Below are positions 12,148 to 25,465 of a stretch of 64,000 nucleotides of DNA, piece after piece. Source of the stretch: Chiloscyllium plagiosum (taxonomy: Eukaryota); the NCBI RefSeq assembly GCF_004010195.1, contig NC_057751.1, forward strand, positions 12,664,908 to 12,728,907, in the 5' to 3' direction. A program made the position numbers and the translations under genes. Positions within the stretch are counted from its first letter, which is position 1. Each line of letters begins with the position of its first letter. The notes under the pieces were generated by a model, which did no database searches, was not told the origin of the DNA, and saw only the letters and a program-made list of their open reading frames with translations.

Positions 12148-12489
12148 TAGAATCCCTACAGTGTGGAAACAGGTCCTTCGGCCCAACAAGTCTGTACTGT
12201 CCCTCCAAACAGTAACCCACCCAGATCCATTCCCCGACTACTCTACATTTACCCTAACTAATGCACTTAATCTACACACCCTGAATACTATGGGCAGTTT
12301 AGCATGGCCAATTCACCTAATTGGTACATCTTTGGACTGTGAGAGGAAACCAGAGCACCCGGAGGAAACCCACGCAGACACAGGAAGAATGTGCAAACTC
12401 CACACAGACAATGACCCAAGGCAGGAATTGAGCCCGGGTCCCTGGCACTGTGAGGCAGCAGTGCTAACCACTGAGCCACCGTGCTGCCC
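12148..12489 (-). mobile_element. HE1-type V-SINE (tRNA-derived)
   Basis: On the minus strand: head GGGCAGCACGGTGGCTCAGTGGTTAGCACTGCTGCCTCACAG with A box and B-box-like motif, V-domain 'gtgtggagtttgcacattc', and a CR1-like tail. Confidence 0.93.
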
Positions 12490-12789
12490 TTAATCTCTCC
12501 TCATGGGACAAGAGACAAAAAAAAGCATAGGTCGCAATGATTTGAGATTTAATGACGATAATGCTGAGTAAAAGTAAAGTACTCTGAATTCTGGGGATTT
12601 GGAATAAAAACTTAAAATGCTGAAGAAACTCAGCAGATCTGGCAAAACAGTGATAAAGTTGTGATGACTTTGTGCCAAAATCCTGTTTTTCCTTCCTCAC
12701 CCCATGCATCATTTAAATAATTGTACTTTTGAAACAGCAGTGCATTCCAGGCAGTGCATTCCATGTTCTAACTATTTGCTGTGTGTTAT

Positions 12790-13392
12790 TGAGTCATAGA
12801 ACTATACAGCTCAGAAACAGATCCTTGAACATGGCTGAGTGTATTCCCAAACTTAACTAGTTGTACCTACCTGCATTTGACCCATATCCCTCCAAACATT
12901 TCCTATTCATGAACTTATCCAAATATCTTTTAAATGTTGCAACTGTACCTGCATCCACCAGCTTTTCTCACAGTTCATTTCACATACAAACCATTCTCTG
13001 TGTAAATAAAGTTGATCCTTGTGTCCTTTTTAAACCTTTCTACTCTCACCTTAAAAGTTTGCTTCCTAGTTTTGAACTCCCTCACCCTAGGGAAAAGACC
13101 CTTATCATTCACTTTATCTATGCTCCTCATGATGTTATAAACCTCAAGGAGATAATGGATCCCAACTACACATGGCCAATGTACAAGAGTTGCTAGAGCA
13201 TGTGTCAACCTCTGACACTCCAGTGAAAAAAGACCCAGTCTTTCAGTTCATGTTGATAACTCAAACCATCCATTCCCAGCAACATCCTGGCAAATCTCCT
13301 CTCAACCCTCTCCAGTTTAATAATATCCTTCCTTTAAAACATCACAACCAGAACTGCACACAGTACGCCAGAAGATGCCTCACCAACATCCT
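12790..13392 (-). mobile_element. CR1/HER1 3' fragment
   Basis: ORF 12975-13208 (EVYNIMRSIDKVN..LFPRV.E.KTR...FKVR.ERFK.D.R) is the CR1 ORF2 C-terminus, followed by the 3' tail. Confidence 0.85.
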
Positions 13393-13783
13393 GTTTTGTC
13401 ACATTGCATTTGCTTTATTTTCAAAGCATTTTACACTCTGTTCAGTGGTTATTGATCTGTTTGAGAGTGGAAATATTTTCTCCTGCATGTTCTGTCCAGA
13501 ACTCTCAAGAAGTTTAGACATCTCCTCCCCAATTTCGCCAATCTTTCCCTGTAATTGAAGTGTCTCATCCCTGAAACCTTTCTTACAAACATTTTATGTA
13601 CTCTTTCTGATAAGTTTACATCCTTCAAATAGTATAGATTAGTGACTCAGTATTAGTGCCTGCCAGATAAACGCTGGGAGCTGGTCAGATCTTTAAGCTA
13701 GTGGAGATTTAACCATGTCTTTCCAGTGACTTCTGATGTATCATCAGTTTTATTTTTGATTTGGAGATGCTGGTGTACAAAGT

Positions 13784-13900
13784 TAAAAATCACACAACAC
13801 CATGTTACTGTCCACTAAGTTTATTTGGAAGCACTAGTAGTGAAAGCTAATGCTTCCAAATAAATCTGTTGGACTATAACCTGGTGTTGTGTAATTTTCA
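13784..13900. repeat. Palindromic Penelope-derived short repeat
   Basis: Imperfect inverted repeat: aaaatcacacaacacca...tttatttggaagcactag pairs with ctaatgcttccaaataaa...tggtgttgtgtaatttt. Confidence 0.7.
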
Positions 13901-14264
13901 GCTTTATTTCTAAATGGAGTAAGTGAGTCATCTCTCCACAGGCTTGAGTAGGATCCCAGAAAGCTATCTAGTTGTGTGCGGAAAATCAACCAATGAGGTT
14001 GGCATAACTTTGCCTGGCTATTTGTTGAAGAAAACCTAGAGAGGAAGACCTTGAGCATTAACCAGTTTATTACTTGATGCATCTGGGGAGACCACTGTCC
14101 CACACTATGGCATGGTAAGACTCCAAAGTGCAGCAAAAGGTTACAGGATTATATAGAAAACAAGACGGGGCTGAGACACAGGCTGACCATTAATCAGAAA
14201 GTGTCAATATGGTCCAAGGAGATACCGAATCAGGGGTCAGCTCTTTGTGTCAGCCCTAATTGAT

Positions 14265-15428
14265 GCTACATATTCCACAAGTTTGTCACTATTTAAGAAA
14301 GATGGTAGTAAAAAGCCAGGGAACTACAGACCAGTAAGCCTGATATCAGTGGTGGGCAGGTTGTTGGAGGGAATCCTGGGGAACAGGATGTATATGTATT
14401 TGGAAAGGCAAGGACTGATGAGGGATAGTCAACATGTCTTTGTGCATGGGAAATCATGTCTCACAAAAGAAGTAACAAAGAGGATTGATAAGGGCAGAGC
14501 GGTAGATGTGATCTATATAGACTTCAGTAAGGCGTTCAACAAGGTTCCCCATGGGAGACTGATTAGCAAGGTTAGATCTCACACAATACAGGGAGAACTA
14601 GCCATTTGGATACAGAACTGGCTCAAAGGTAGAAGACAGAGGGTGGTGGTGGAGGGTTGTTTTTCAGACTGGAGGCCTGTGACCAGTNNNNNNNNNNNNN
14701 NNNNNNNNNNNNNNNNNNNNNNNNNNNNNNNNNNNNNNNNNNNNNNNNNNNNNNNNNNNNNNNNNNNNNNNNNNNNNNNNNNNNNNNNNNNNNNNNNNNN
14801 NNNNNNNNNNNNNNNNNNNNNNNNNNNNNNNNNNNNNNNNNNNNNNNNNNNNNNNNNNNNNNNNNNNNNNNNNNNNNNNNNNNNNNNNNNNNNNNNNNNN
14901 NNNNNNNNNNNNNNNNNNNNNNNNNNNNNNNNNNNNNNNNNNNNNGAAAAGATTTACAAGGATGTTGCCAGGGTTGGAGGATCTGAGCTATAGGGAGAGG
15001 CTGAACAGGCTTGGGCTGTTTTCCCTGGAGTGTTGGAAGCTGAGGGGTGACCTTATAGAGGTTTACAAAATCATGAGGGACATGGATAGGATAAATAGAC
15101 AAAGACTTTTTCCTGGGATGGGGGAGTCCAGAACTAGAGGGTATATGTTTAGGGTGAGAGGGGAAAGATATAGAAGAGACCTAAGGGAAAACTTTTTCAC
15201 ACAGAGGGTGGTGCATGTATGGAATGAGCTGACTGAGGAAGTGGTGGAGGCTGGTACAATTGCAACATTTAAAAGGCATCTGGATGGGTATATGAATAGG
15301 AAGGGTTCGGAGGGATATGGGCAGGATGCTGGCAGGTGGGAATAGATCGCGTTGGGATATCTGATTGGCATGGACGGGTTGGACCGAAGGGTCTGATTCC
15401 ATGCTGTACATCTCTATGACTCTATGAT
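14265..15428 (+). mobile_element. CR1/HER1 LINE 3' half (RT and C-terminus), spanning an assembly gap
   Basis: PGNYRPVSLISVVG, VDVIYIDFSKAFNKVPHGRL and RQRVVVEG motifs, then LRGDLIEVYKIM and a 3' tail ending in (CTCTATGA)n-like repeats. Confidence 0.95.
14688..14945. other. Assembly gap (258 N)
   Basis: Run of n characters. Confidence 1.
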
Positions 15429-16329
15429 TGAAAGTTATCACATTACATGCTGTTTGCAGAGATCCATAACAAATGTAGGACAGATGTCCTTAATTAGAGG
15501 AACAGCACACATTAAGCAATACATTGTGGAGAGAGAGAAACTAATTAACAAGAGGAGGCATCTTTGAGCAGTTAAGCTACACACACCCGCAATACATCTC
15601 ATTATTGTGAGAGTGGAACGAAGCTATGTGCGGGAGGCTGTGAGACACCTCTCACAGCTACATGCCAAGGACTGTACCGTTGTTCTGCTTGGGAGAGGAG
15701 CACTTCAGAAAAATGGTTTCTTAGCTAGGAGGGAAGCCATGACTAAAAAACAATGGCTTCCACGCTATTGAAAAAGACAACTCAATTATCTTCTCTCCCT
15801 CAATTAAGATGAGTCACCCAGAATTTGAGGGGGCTGCTGATAGTGATGCCTCACAGCTCCAGTCCTCCTGACTTGCCTCGTGTTACTTTCTTAGGATGTG
15901 CATGAAAAAAAAAAGCTTTTTTAATATTCTTATTTCGTGCACTAGAAAGAATATTCTGCTAGTTTGGGTGTCTGAGAATCCCTGGGGTATGTCAGGCTGG
16001 TTTAAGATAGTTATGGAGCATATCGCTTTGGATTTTCTCACTGGTATGGTGCACCATAAAATTGAGAATTTCTGTCAGATGTGGCGGCCTCTTTTTGGAT
16101 GATCTGGGCACAGATTCATAACTTATGATGCCAAATAAAAGAGCTGAACCAGTCGTTCAGTCTCCTGAAGAATTGCCTAGTGAAAATCAAAGGGAGTATT
16201 CGCATAGGGGGAGAATATTCATTTTAATGGGGGCTGTCCAACCTAACCAAGAAACCGGAAGCACCTCCCATTTTGGAAGGTCTTGTTTGATTTTGTCAAA
16301 TAAATTAATAAAATTAGCTTTAAACAGCT

Positions 16330-19260
16330 GATCAAAAATGGAAGTAATGAATATACCTCAGTAAACACTCCCGTGACCACTTAAAAGGTTTACATTCCAA
16401 ACCTGGTGTTTTCATAAGACCACTCATTGGCATAGCTCCAATTTTCCAAAGTTCATCTTTTAACCAAAAAGTTGCCAAGATGCATTGTATCAGTTGAGGC
16501 ACCGACACTGCTGGGCTTGACAAAAAGATGAGGGCATCATCCGCAAAATCTTATGTGATTTTGACCCCATTTCTGGAGCCAATATATTAGAATCTCAACA
16601 AATGGCCTCCACCAGCTGCTCATTCACCAGTGTAAAATGCAATGGTGAGAGGGGACAGCCCTGTCAACTGCCCCGAAAGATATTAAAATTACTTGATCGT
16701 ACACCATTGGTGAGAACCGCATCAAGAGGATCATTATAAAGAACCTTTACCCATCTTAAGATTTCACCCAAGCCAAACCGCTCTAGGAGTATAAAAAAGG
16801 TATGGCCACTTGACCCAGTCAAATGCCTACTCTGTATCCAGAGAGATCACTAACCCCTGTACAGACTGCTGTTGATACGGTTGAATCACATTTAGCAACC
16901 TCCTAAAATTTATTGGAGGATCTGCGGCCTTTTATGAAGTCTGTCTGGTCCTTTTTAATAATAGAAGGCAACACAGTTTCTAGCCTTAATGCAAGAGTCT
17001 TAATGCAAGACTTTGAAATCAACATTTAAGAGTGAAACGGGCCTTTCGGAAGGACAGTCCTCCAGGGCGTTCCCTTTTTTCAGAATAAGAGAGATATTGG
17101 CCTCTCTTAGAGATGGCAGGAGATAATCATGAGTCATTAAAAATGTTGAACATCGGGCCTGACAACATGCTTATAAATTCCTTGTGAAATTCACTGGAAA
17201 GTCCGTCAGTCCAGGTGCCTTTCCATTCTGAAGCTGCTTCACAGCCTCCTGGTCCTCTTGCTCTGATAAGGGGCCATTGAGAAAAGACTCTTGTTCGGGG
17301 GCCACACCCGGGAACTCCAGACTTTTGAAATAAAGACTCCATCCTAGCCCACCCATCCTCACAACCTTCAGACTGATATAGTCCAGGGTAAAATCTCTGA
17401 AATACTGAATTAATCCTTTTGGAATCGCAGGTTATGTTTCAGCATCTTCCCTGATTGATGTAATGGTTTAAGGGGCACTCCTTTCCCTGGCAAGTACACA
17501 AAGTACTTGCCTGGTTTGTCACTATGTTCAAACAATGTTTGCTTTGCAAAAATAAGCTCCTTCCTTGCTGTCTGCGTGAGCATGAAGTCCAATGTAGACC
17601 GAAGCGCTGTGATCCTCTGTAGCTTAGCCAACAAGGGTCTGTCAAAGTACACCTTCTCAGCTGCCTTCAACTGTGTTTCGAGCAGACATTGTTTCTCACC
17701 TTTCTGCTGCTTCCGACTGGCAGTATAGGAAATAACTAGCTCTCTGGCATAAGCTTTACCCATTTCCCAGAGAACGGACGGGCTACTAGCTGTACCTGAA
17801 TTAATATCTGGGAACGCCCTGAATTCATTCAAGAAAAACTCCACAAATGTACTATCATTAAGGATAAAGGGATCCATTCACCAGTGTCTTGGAGATGCAA
17901 CAGTGTCCTTAATCTTAACTACCAAGTACACTGGAGTGTGATCGGAGATGGCAATATTACCAATTGTACAGGATGCCACCAAGTCCAGGGTTGCTATGGG
18001 AGTCAAAAAGACATCAATCCGATGTGTGGCACCTGTGTGGATGGGAAAGCAATCCCTGCCTGTAGGGTGGAGATGCCCCCAGATGTCCTCCAACCCTAAG
18101 TCAACACACAAATCCACTAACTGCTTAGTTTGCAAGGAAGGTATCGGGGTGGGGGGGGGGGGCGGGGGTGTGTTATTGGACAACCTGTCTACTGTGGGAT
18201 CCATAAGACAATTAAAATCTCCCTCTATAATGCTATGCCAGGATCCAAGGCAAATCAGTTTAGAAAATGCATCTACCAGAAATTTAAGGAGATGGGTCAG
18301 GGAACAGTAGACACTTAAAATATCATATTCTTCCTCATTTATCAAGGCTTTAAGGATTACAAACTTCCTGTGCGTGTCTTTAACAGACTCTGGTAACTTA
18401 AATGGGAGATTCCTCCTAACCAGTATGGCTACTCCCCTACTCCTAGTATTAAAAGATGAAAAGTAAACCCTATCAAACCCATTCTGTTGTAATTTCAAAT
18501 GTTCACTATCATCCAAGTGTGCCTCCTGCAATAAGGCAATATCCATCTTTTCCTTTTTAAAACTTGAGTACCTTTTTCCTCTTGATTGGCAAGTGACTCC
18601 CCTTGATGTTCCAGGTACACCATTTAACCAAGTCATTAGCCATAACCTTCTATAGTAAAATTATGACTCCTGAGAGGAAGAACTTGAATTACAAATCACT
18701 GAGCCTTAACAGAAGAAAATCCACTGAACTACACAAACTAAAGCCACTACAACAACTATATACAGCAAAAACCAAAAAACAATACAATGTATAAAGCGCC
18801 AATGGCACTGGACAGGGGAAATCATCCCCCTTCCAAAGGGGGCACCAAAATACTCCTAAACCCTACTTCCTGTTCCACTGCCAATACAGCAACCAGGGCA
18901 TTTAAATACCACAACTGGGCTTAAACTGCCCGTGAATAGGTGTCCAGCCATCCAAATCATCTTCCCTCCTTCTAGCTAGAGCTGCACCACAAACACAAAC
19001 TAAAAACACAAAAAAAAAGAAAAAAAGAATAGCAATGTGAACAAAGAAGTTAAAAATGAATAGTGTATACCCTGCTCATCCCCTGGTATAGCTTAACTTA
19101 GAAGTTAAAAGTAAATATCCTATCTGTCCCTGGGCATAATTTAACCCAGATTATTGCCAAAAAAAAAAGAAAAAGAAAACCCCAAGAAGACTTCTATTTC
19201 CAAAAAGACATACCCAAACAATGTTATTATCTGTACATATTAAACCACTCAGCCTAAGCA
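16330..19260 (-). mobile_element. L1-clade LINE fragment (APE endonuclease + RT), decayed
   Basis: APE motifs IALLQEAHL, SRGVAILV, EGDFNC, RIDVFL and ISDH in 17878-18636. KAPG precedes the RT (~17230), with QGCPLSP and ADD remnants at ~16540-16670. An A/T-rich spacer lies upstream. Boundaries are approximate. Confidence 0.9.
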
Positions 19261-21621
19261 CAGTCAGGTAGGACTAGTACAGTTTGGAATTTGTTTGGCA
19301 TGGACTGGTTGGACTAAAGGGTCTACTTCCATGCTGTATGACTCTACGATTCTATCAATGCATCTTCCCACTCACTCACTCCATATACAAATCATGCACT
19401 CTCAATACTTCCAAGATGATTGTTCGTGAACAAAATGTAATACCTGGAATATTTGTCTTAAAGTTTAATGATCGTCAACTGTACAGTTTTCATAAACATA
19501 TGATTCCACATAAGAGAATAAAGAAGATATGGCAAAGTTTCATTCTTAAAGGCTTGATATGGGTCAGAAATTGTGCATCCCTTAAGCATCTGTCATATGG
19601 AATTGAAAGGCTGCACTCAACTGGAGGACACAATAATAAAAAAATCCACTCTCTTACCAAGTCTTGGTATTACTTCTGCAATTTCACATTTGAGGAAAAA
19701 AGTGACCTGAATTGTGTGACAGAAATTCTCTTATCAGTCTAAAACTGAATTGTGTAATAAATAGGAGTAGAATGAGAAAATACAACAATGATATTGCTTT
19801 TAAAAGGCACTCAGTTTCTAACAATGGAACCTCATGACAATGTTTCATATGTAGGACAGCAGCACTGATAACGCAGTGAAGCTGCAAAAGTGCATTGATG
19901 TGTCATTTTGGTTTGTGTGCTCAAGCCGCTGGCTGGAACTTGAACTGACAATATCCTAAGAGTATGGACACTACCCTTTTCTCCAACCTGTCAGGGTTAA
20001 ACAGTGCAACCTCATTCCATCTAAATTTGAAGATAGATCAATAGATACGCAGCATTTTATTGTTCCACAGAAAACCCATCTCTTTTGTTTGTAAAGGATG
20101 ACCTTCTGTGCTGACTTGAATGAGAGCTGTCTGGGTTGGATATTGAGCCATCGTAATGGATCTTAACTATTAAGGAGTCATATCAAATTGGAAGCATCAA
20201 TTGTGTTTCTTTCCCCAAAGGTGCTGCCAGACTTTCTGCATTTCCCCAGAATCCTACTTATATTTCAGATTTCCAACATCTGCATTACTTTACCATGTAC
20301 TGTTCATACCCTGGATTTTGGAGGAAATACAATTCATTAAAAGAGCAGGAGCTCTGTCATTTTAGGTTTCTGGATGGATAAAATCCCTTTAAGATTTAGA
20401 GAATTGTACAGCTTCTCTAATATCAATAAATCCACTGATAACATGCCATTAAAAGATGCAAAGATGACACTATCATCAAGTAGTTTGATCCCCACCAGTA
20501 CATGTAATTTTGTGCAATCCACTTTAGTCATTCATTGCTGGCTTTTCCTGCACTACTCAGAATCCAAATGGAGGCACAGCCCTGCAGTCATTCATTCCCA
20601 CTTTGAAGTTAATTTCACAGGCACATGAGCTTAGGAAGCAATTATACTCAAACAGACTGCACTTTAGTGGAGAGACTCTGCAAAAAAACATGTGCTTGCT
20701 TGAACAATGACACAACATTGCCTTTTCAGCATCTATGTTGTATTTGTGAATTCTTAGACTTGAGCAAAAATAGAAAAGAAATCTCATAATTAAGAAAGGT
20801 AGAATCTAATGTTTTAGACACATCAGCGAGTAGAATGTGAAATGACTGGTATCTTGCTGATCCAATAATTCCCCAACTTTGCAAGTTTATTGCAAAGTAC
20901 ATATGCACACTTGTTACAATGTTCCAATGTTTCCTATCTTAAGTATCTGTAAATGTTCAAAATAATGAAAAGTAGATTTACACAATGAGGAGAAGGCCAA
21001 AGGTTTCTGCTGCACTCCCTCTGTGCATCCTCTTGGAAGTGTACACTCCTATATTGTGTGCAGTCTGGCTTTCTATGTATGGTTTGTGGCAATCAGGGTG
21101 GACAAACAAGAGCCAGTCAGTCCAAACAGACAGCCAGTCATCACATCTGCAATATAAAAATCACACTTTCATTAGGAACAGAACACCAGTTTTCTTGCAA
21201 GTGGATGGTTTTAAGCATCATCTAAACTAGGGGTAGAAGGAGACAACTTGGTTGCCTGAGCCAGCTCAATCATTCAGTGAGATTAAGGCTGATCAGTTTG
21301 TTCACAGCTCCTCCTGATAACTTTTGTTTCTCTTGCCAAACAAGAATCCACCTCACTCTGCTTTAACAATATTCAACAATTGCACCTCCATTGCCTTCTG
21401 AGGCAGAGTGCCAAAGTTGCACATGGAAAGAAAAACTCTCCTCGTCACCACTCTAAAAGGACAATCCATTCTTGCCTGACCAACAAGTATCGATCTTGTG
21501 AACATTGTTTAGGATCTTATATACTTCAATCATTCAACCCTCACTCATCTGAACTCCGAGGTTGCATAGTCGGAATATTCCTGTGGTACACACATTTTGT
21601 CAACAATTGCTGATAATGGCG

Positions 21622-21830
21622 AAAGTGAGGACTGCAGATGCTGGAGATTAGAGTCAAGAGTGTAGTGCTGGAAAAGCACAGCAGGTCAGGCAGCATCTGA
21701 GGAGAAGGAAAATCGACGTTTCGGAAGGGCTGATCCTGATGAAGGGCTTGTGCCTGAAATGTCGATTCTCTAGCTCCTCGGATACTGCCTGACCTGCTGT
21801 GCTTTTCCAGCACCACACTCTCAACTGCTG
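21622..21830. mobile_element. Inverted-repeat Penelope-derived element with minimal hammerhead motif
   Basis: Arms gtgctggaaaagcacagcaggtcaggcag and ctgcctgacctgctgtgcttttccagcac. CTGATGA-A-GGGC-TTGT-GCCT-GAAAT-GTC at 21736-21763. Confidence 0.8.
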
Positions 21831-23149
21831 ATAATGTTACATCTGCGATTATTTAACGAGAGAGAAGATTAGTGGCCAGCCTTTTGATGATACTTTCAAT
21901 GCACTTAAATATCCCAATATGCCTAACAACATAATTAAATAAAATTGTAACACCAAACCACACCAGAAAATACTAGGATGGGAGATTAAAGATAGCTGGA
22001 AATGGTAGTTCTGCAGATACATCATTAACATGGAGAGAGAGATAGAGTTGGAGAGGTCTGGATACAATTCCAGAGTTAAGGGCCCAGATAGCAGAAGGCA
22101 CACGATACAATGGAAATCAAGAAGGCGAGAGAGGCCAGATTTGAAAGAAATCCAAGAGGACAATTGGGTTTTAGTTGGTTTCAAAGGTATGCAGGAACAG
22201 GAGAATGAAGATTTTAAAAAGATGAGAATGTTAAAGTAAATGTTGTATGCAACTGACAGCAATTATGGTACAGTGAGCACAGGACAGATGAGTGAACTGC
22301 ATTTGGTATGATTTAGGATATAGTGAACAAATATCTGGATGAGTTCAAGTCCAAAATACAAGGCTAAAAATGACAAGACAACACCCAAGGTTAGGGTGAA
22401 TATTGCCTTCTGGAGAAAGGGAAGTAAATAAAAACAGCCAGTTGATTCTATTTCTTTTCTGACTGCCCCAATTCCATTTGAGGTTATTTTGGGAATTCAA
22501 CTAAGGGTATCCAATATTTTCACATTCCTGACTGAAGGATTGATAGCTAGGAAAATGCCAGAGAGATGAGAGTTCAGAAATTTCTACAACAGTGACTTTC
22601 AACTGAGCATTGGATGATTGTTAACAAATAGAGAATGATGCTCAAAAAATGCACAGCAATCCACAAAGAGTATTTAGTATGGCACAAAAATGATCGAGGT
22701 GCAAGGATCTGTACATCAACAATGTAAAATGCATTTAGCAGCACAGGATCAGGATGTGGCCATTTGGCCCTTCAAGCCTATCCACCGTACAATAACCTCA
22801 TGGTTGATCTGATTGTGGTCTCAATTCTTGGGACACTGTCAGCAGTACTGTCAGGCAGTCTTAACCTGAATAAGGCAGGGATGATGTTCTGGCAAGTCTA
22901 ATGTGTAGAGTGATAGAGAGGCCTTAAGTTAAATAGTGGAGTGAGGAATCACATAAGGACAGGATGTGATAAATTAGAGGGCAACAATGAGGTAAGTAAG
23001 CAGGTAATGATTATCAGTTATTGCAGGAAAGGACAGAGCAAACAAACTTAAAAGTGCATCAGCAACACCTAACTGAAGTTGGGTAACAGAATGTGAATGG
23101 GATTCACAACAAAATGAATTGTCTTTTCAATGAATAACAAGGATGACAG

Positions 23150-24570
23150 ATGAGCTCCCAAGATTAGCCCAAAGCAAACTAAACTTCTTCCCTTTACTTT
23201 AAATCTATGGTAGTGGTCATTGACAAGTTTCTTCCTCTCCACCCTATCTACTCCCTTCATAATCTCAACTATTCCCTCTTAATCTCTGCCACTCTAAGGA
23301 AAACAACTCGAGTTTGTCCAATCTCTCTTCATAATTGAGATTCTCCAGCTCTGGCAACATGCTGGTAAATCTCCTCTGAATCCTTGCCAGTTCAAGCACA
23401 CCTATCACACAGCTTCTGGAACTGTGCACAATACTCTAGCTGTGTGGTTTAACTAATGTTTTATACAGATCCAGCAACATCTCCTGCTGTTAATCTTTAT
23501 GTTTCAGCTAATAAAGGCACGTATACCATATGTCTTTTTAACCACTTTATCTACTTGCCCTGATATTTTAAGGGACTGGTGTCCATGTGTATTCTTCATC
23601 ATGCATTCGCTTGCCTTGTTTGTAGTCCTGAAGTGCATCACCTCACATTTATCCAGATTGAATTCCACATGCTACTAATCAGCATATCTGACCAGCCTGT
23701 CTCTCTTCTCTTGTCGTCTCAGGCTATTCTCTTCACAATTTACCACCCCACCAATTTTTCCATTGTAGCTGTGTGGCTTAACTAATGTTTTATACAGATC
23801 CAGCAACATCTCCTGCAGTTAATCTTTATGTTTCAGCTAATAAAGGCAGGTATACCATATGTCTTTTTAACCACTTTATCTACCTGCCCTGATATTTTAA
23901 GGGACTGGTGTCCATGCGTATTCTTCATCATGCATTCGCTTGCCTTGTTTGTAGTCCTGAAGTGCATCACCTCACATTTACCCAGATTGAATTCCACATG
24001 CTACTAATCAGCATATCTGACCAGCCTGTCTCTCTTCTCTTGTCGTCTCAGGCTATTCTCTTCACAATTTACCACCCCACCAATTTTTCCATTGTCTGTG
24101 AACTTAATGATCAAACCTCCTCCATTGAATTCTAAGTCATTCATATGAACCCCAAACAGCAAGGTCCTCAACACTAATCCCTGTCAGACCCTACTAGACA
24201 AATATCTCCAGTTGGAAAAACATCCCTCAACCATTGCCCTCTGCTTCCCACCACTTAGCCAATCGTGAACCTAACTTGTCAAATTTCATTGGATCCCAGG
24301 GGCTCTTACCTTTCTATCAATCTTTCATATGATCTTATCAAAAGCCTTGCTGAAGTCCAAATCATCTACAAAAACATTGCGCTCATCTGCACACCCAGTC
24401 ACCTATTTCAAAAATTCAATCAAGTTTAACAAAACTATGCTGACAGTTCTTCATTAATCCCTATCCCTCTAAATGCAGATTAATTCTGATCCTCAGAATA
24501 GTTTCCCCATCATTGAGGTTAGATTAACTGCCCCTGGAGTTTCCTGGTTTATCCACTGCTCTTGCCTTGT
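23150..24570 (-). mobile_element. Decayed CR1 LINE fragment
   Basis: The reverse complement shows DFSKAFDK-like and C-terminal CR1 motifs. Confidence 0.8.
23437..24094. repeat. 329-bp near-perfect tandem duplication
   Basis: 23437-23765 versus 23766-24094, with about 6 substitutions seen by eye. The duplicated ORFs at 23579 and 23908 are offset by 329. Confidence 0.95.
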
Positions 24571-25046
24571 ATGATGGTGTACTGTTTTTCTTTTGCACTG
24601 TCATTACAAACTGGTTTAGATTGCATTGACACTGTCCATGTGGAACACTGAAGATGCTCAAGGTTGTACCTCTTTAGTGCACTGATTTCAACATTCACCT
24701 GTGACTACTGAAAACTCACAGAGGACATCCCATTCTTTGTGGTTGAATCAACTTATCTAGGTCAAATAGTAGCTTTTGGACACACTGTGAATGCTGGCAC
24801 TTGACTATTTACTGTTTCTAAAATAAAACCAGTGCACTATTAGAACAAGAGAAAATTTGGAAGTCATGAAAAATGACAATTCATGACCATACTCAAATTT
24901 TACATCAGAGAAAAAAACACTAAAAAAAGGATTAGATGTCATTGACATTTATTGAAGTACTGCAAAAGGCTAAAACACAGAAAGGATCTCATTGCTATTT
25001 CCGAAATGAAGTATGCTATGACATTCTTATGCACAGTGACCCAAGT

Positions 25047-25465
25047 TATAGAGTCACAGAGTGGTTAGGCATGAAAATGAACCCTTCAATCCAATTTATC
25101 CATGCCAAACAGATAATCTACATTCATCTTGTCCCATTAGCCAGCATTTGGCCCATGAACCTCAAAACCCTTCCTATTCATATACCAATCCTAATGCCTT
25201 TCAAATGTACCTACATCGATCACTTCCTCTGGCAACTCCTTCCATACACACACCACCCTCTGCGTGAAATCGTTGCCCCCTTCACTCCTTTTTAAATCTT
25301 TCCCCTCACCTTAGACCTGTGCCCTGCACTCACCCACCTGGGGAAAAGGCCTTGTCTATTTAACCTACCTGTTGCCCCTCATAATTTTATAAACTTCTAT
25401 AAAATCACTCCTCATCATCCAATGCTCCAGGGAAAATAGCCCCAGCCTATTCAGCCTCTTCCTTG
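25047..25465 (-). mobile_element. CR1/HER1 3' fragment
   Basis: Homologous to the reverse complement of 15000-15428. Confidence 0.85.

Noticed and set aside
12288..12489. tRNA genes at SINE heads (also 41800-41891 and 56510-56580)
   Set aside because: The A/B boxes are followed by SINE bodies, and there is no full cloverleaf.
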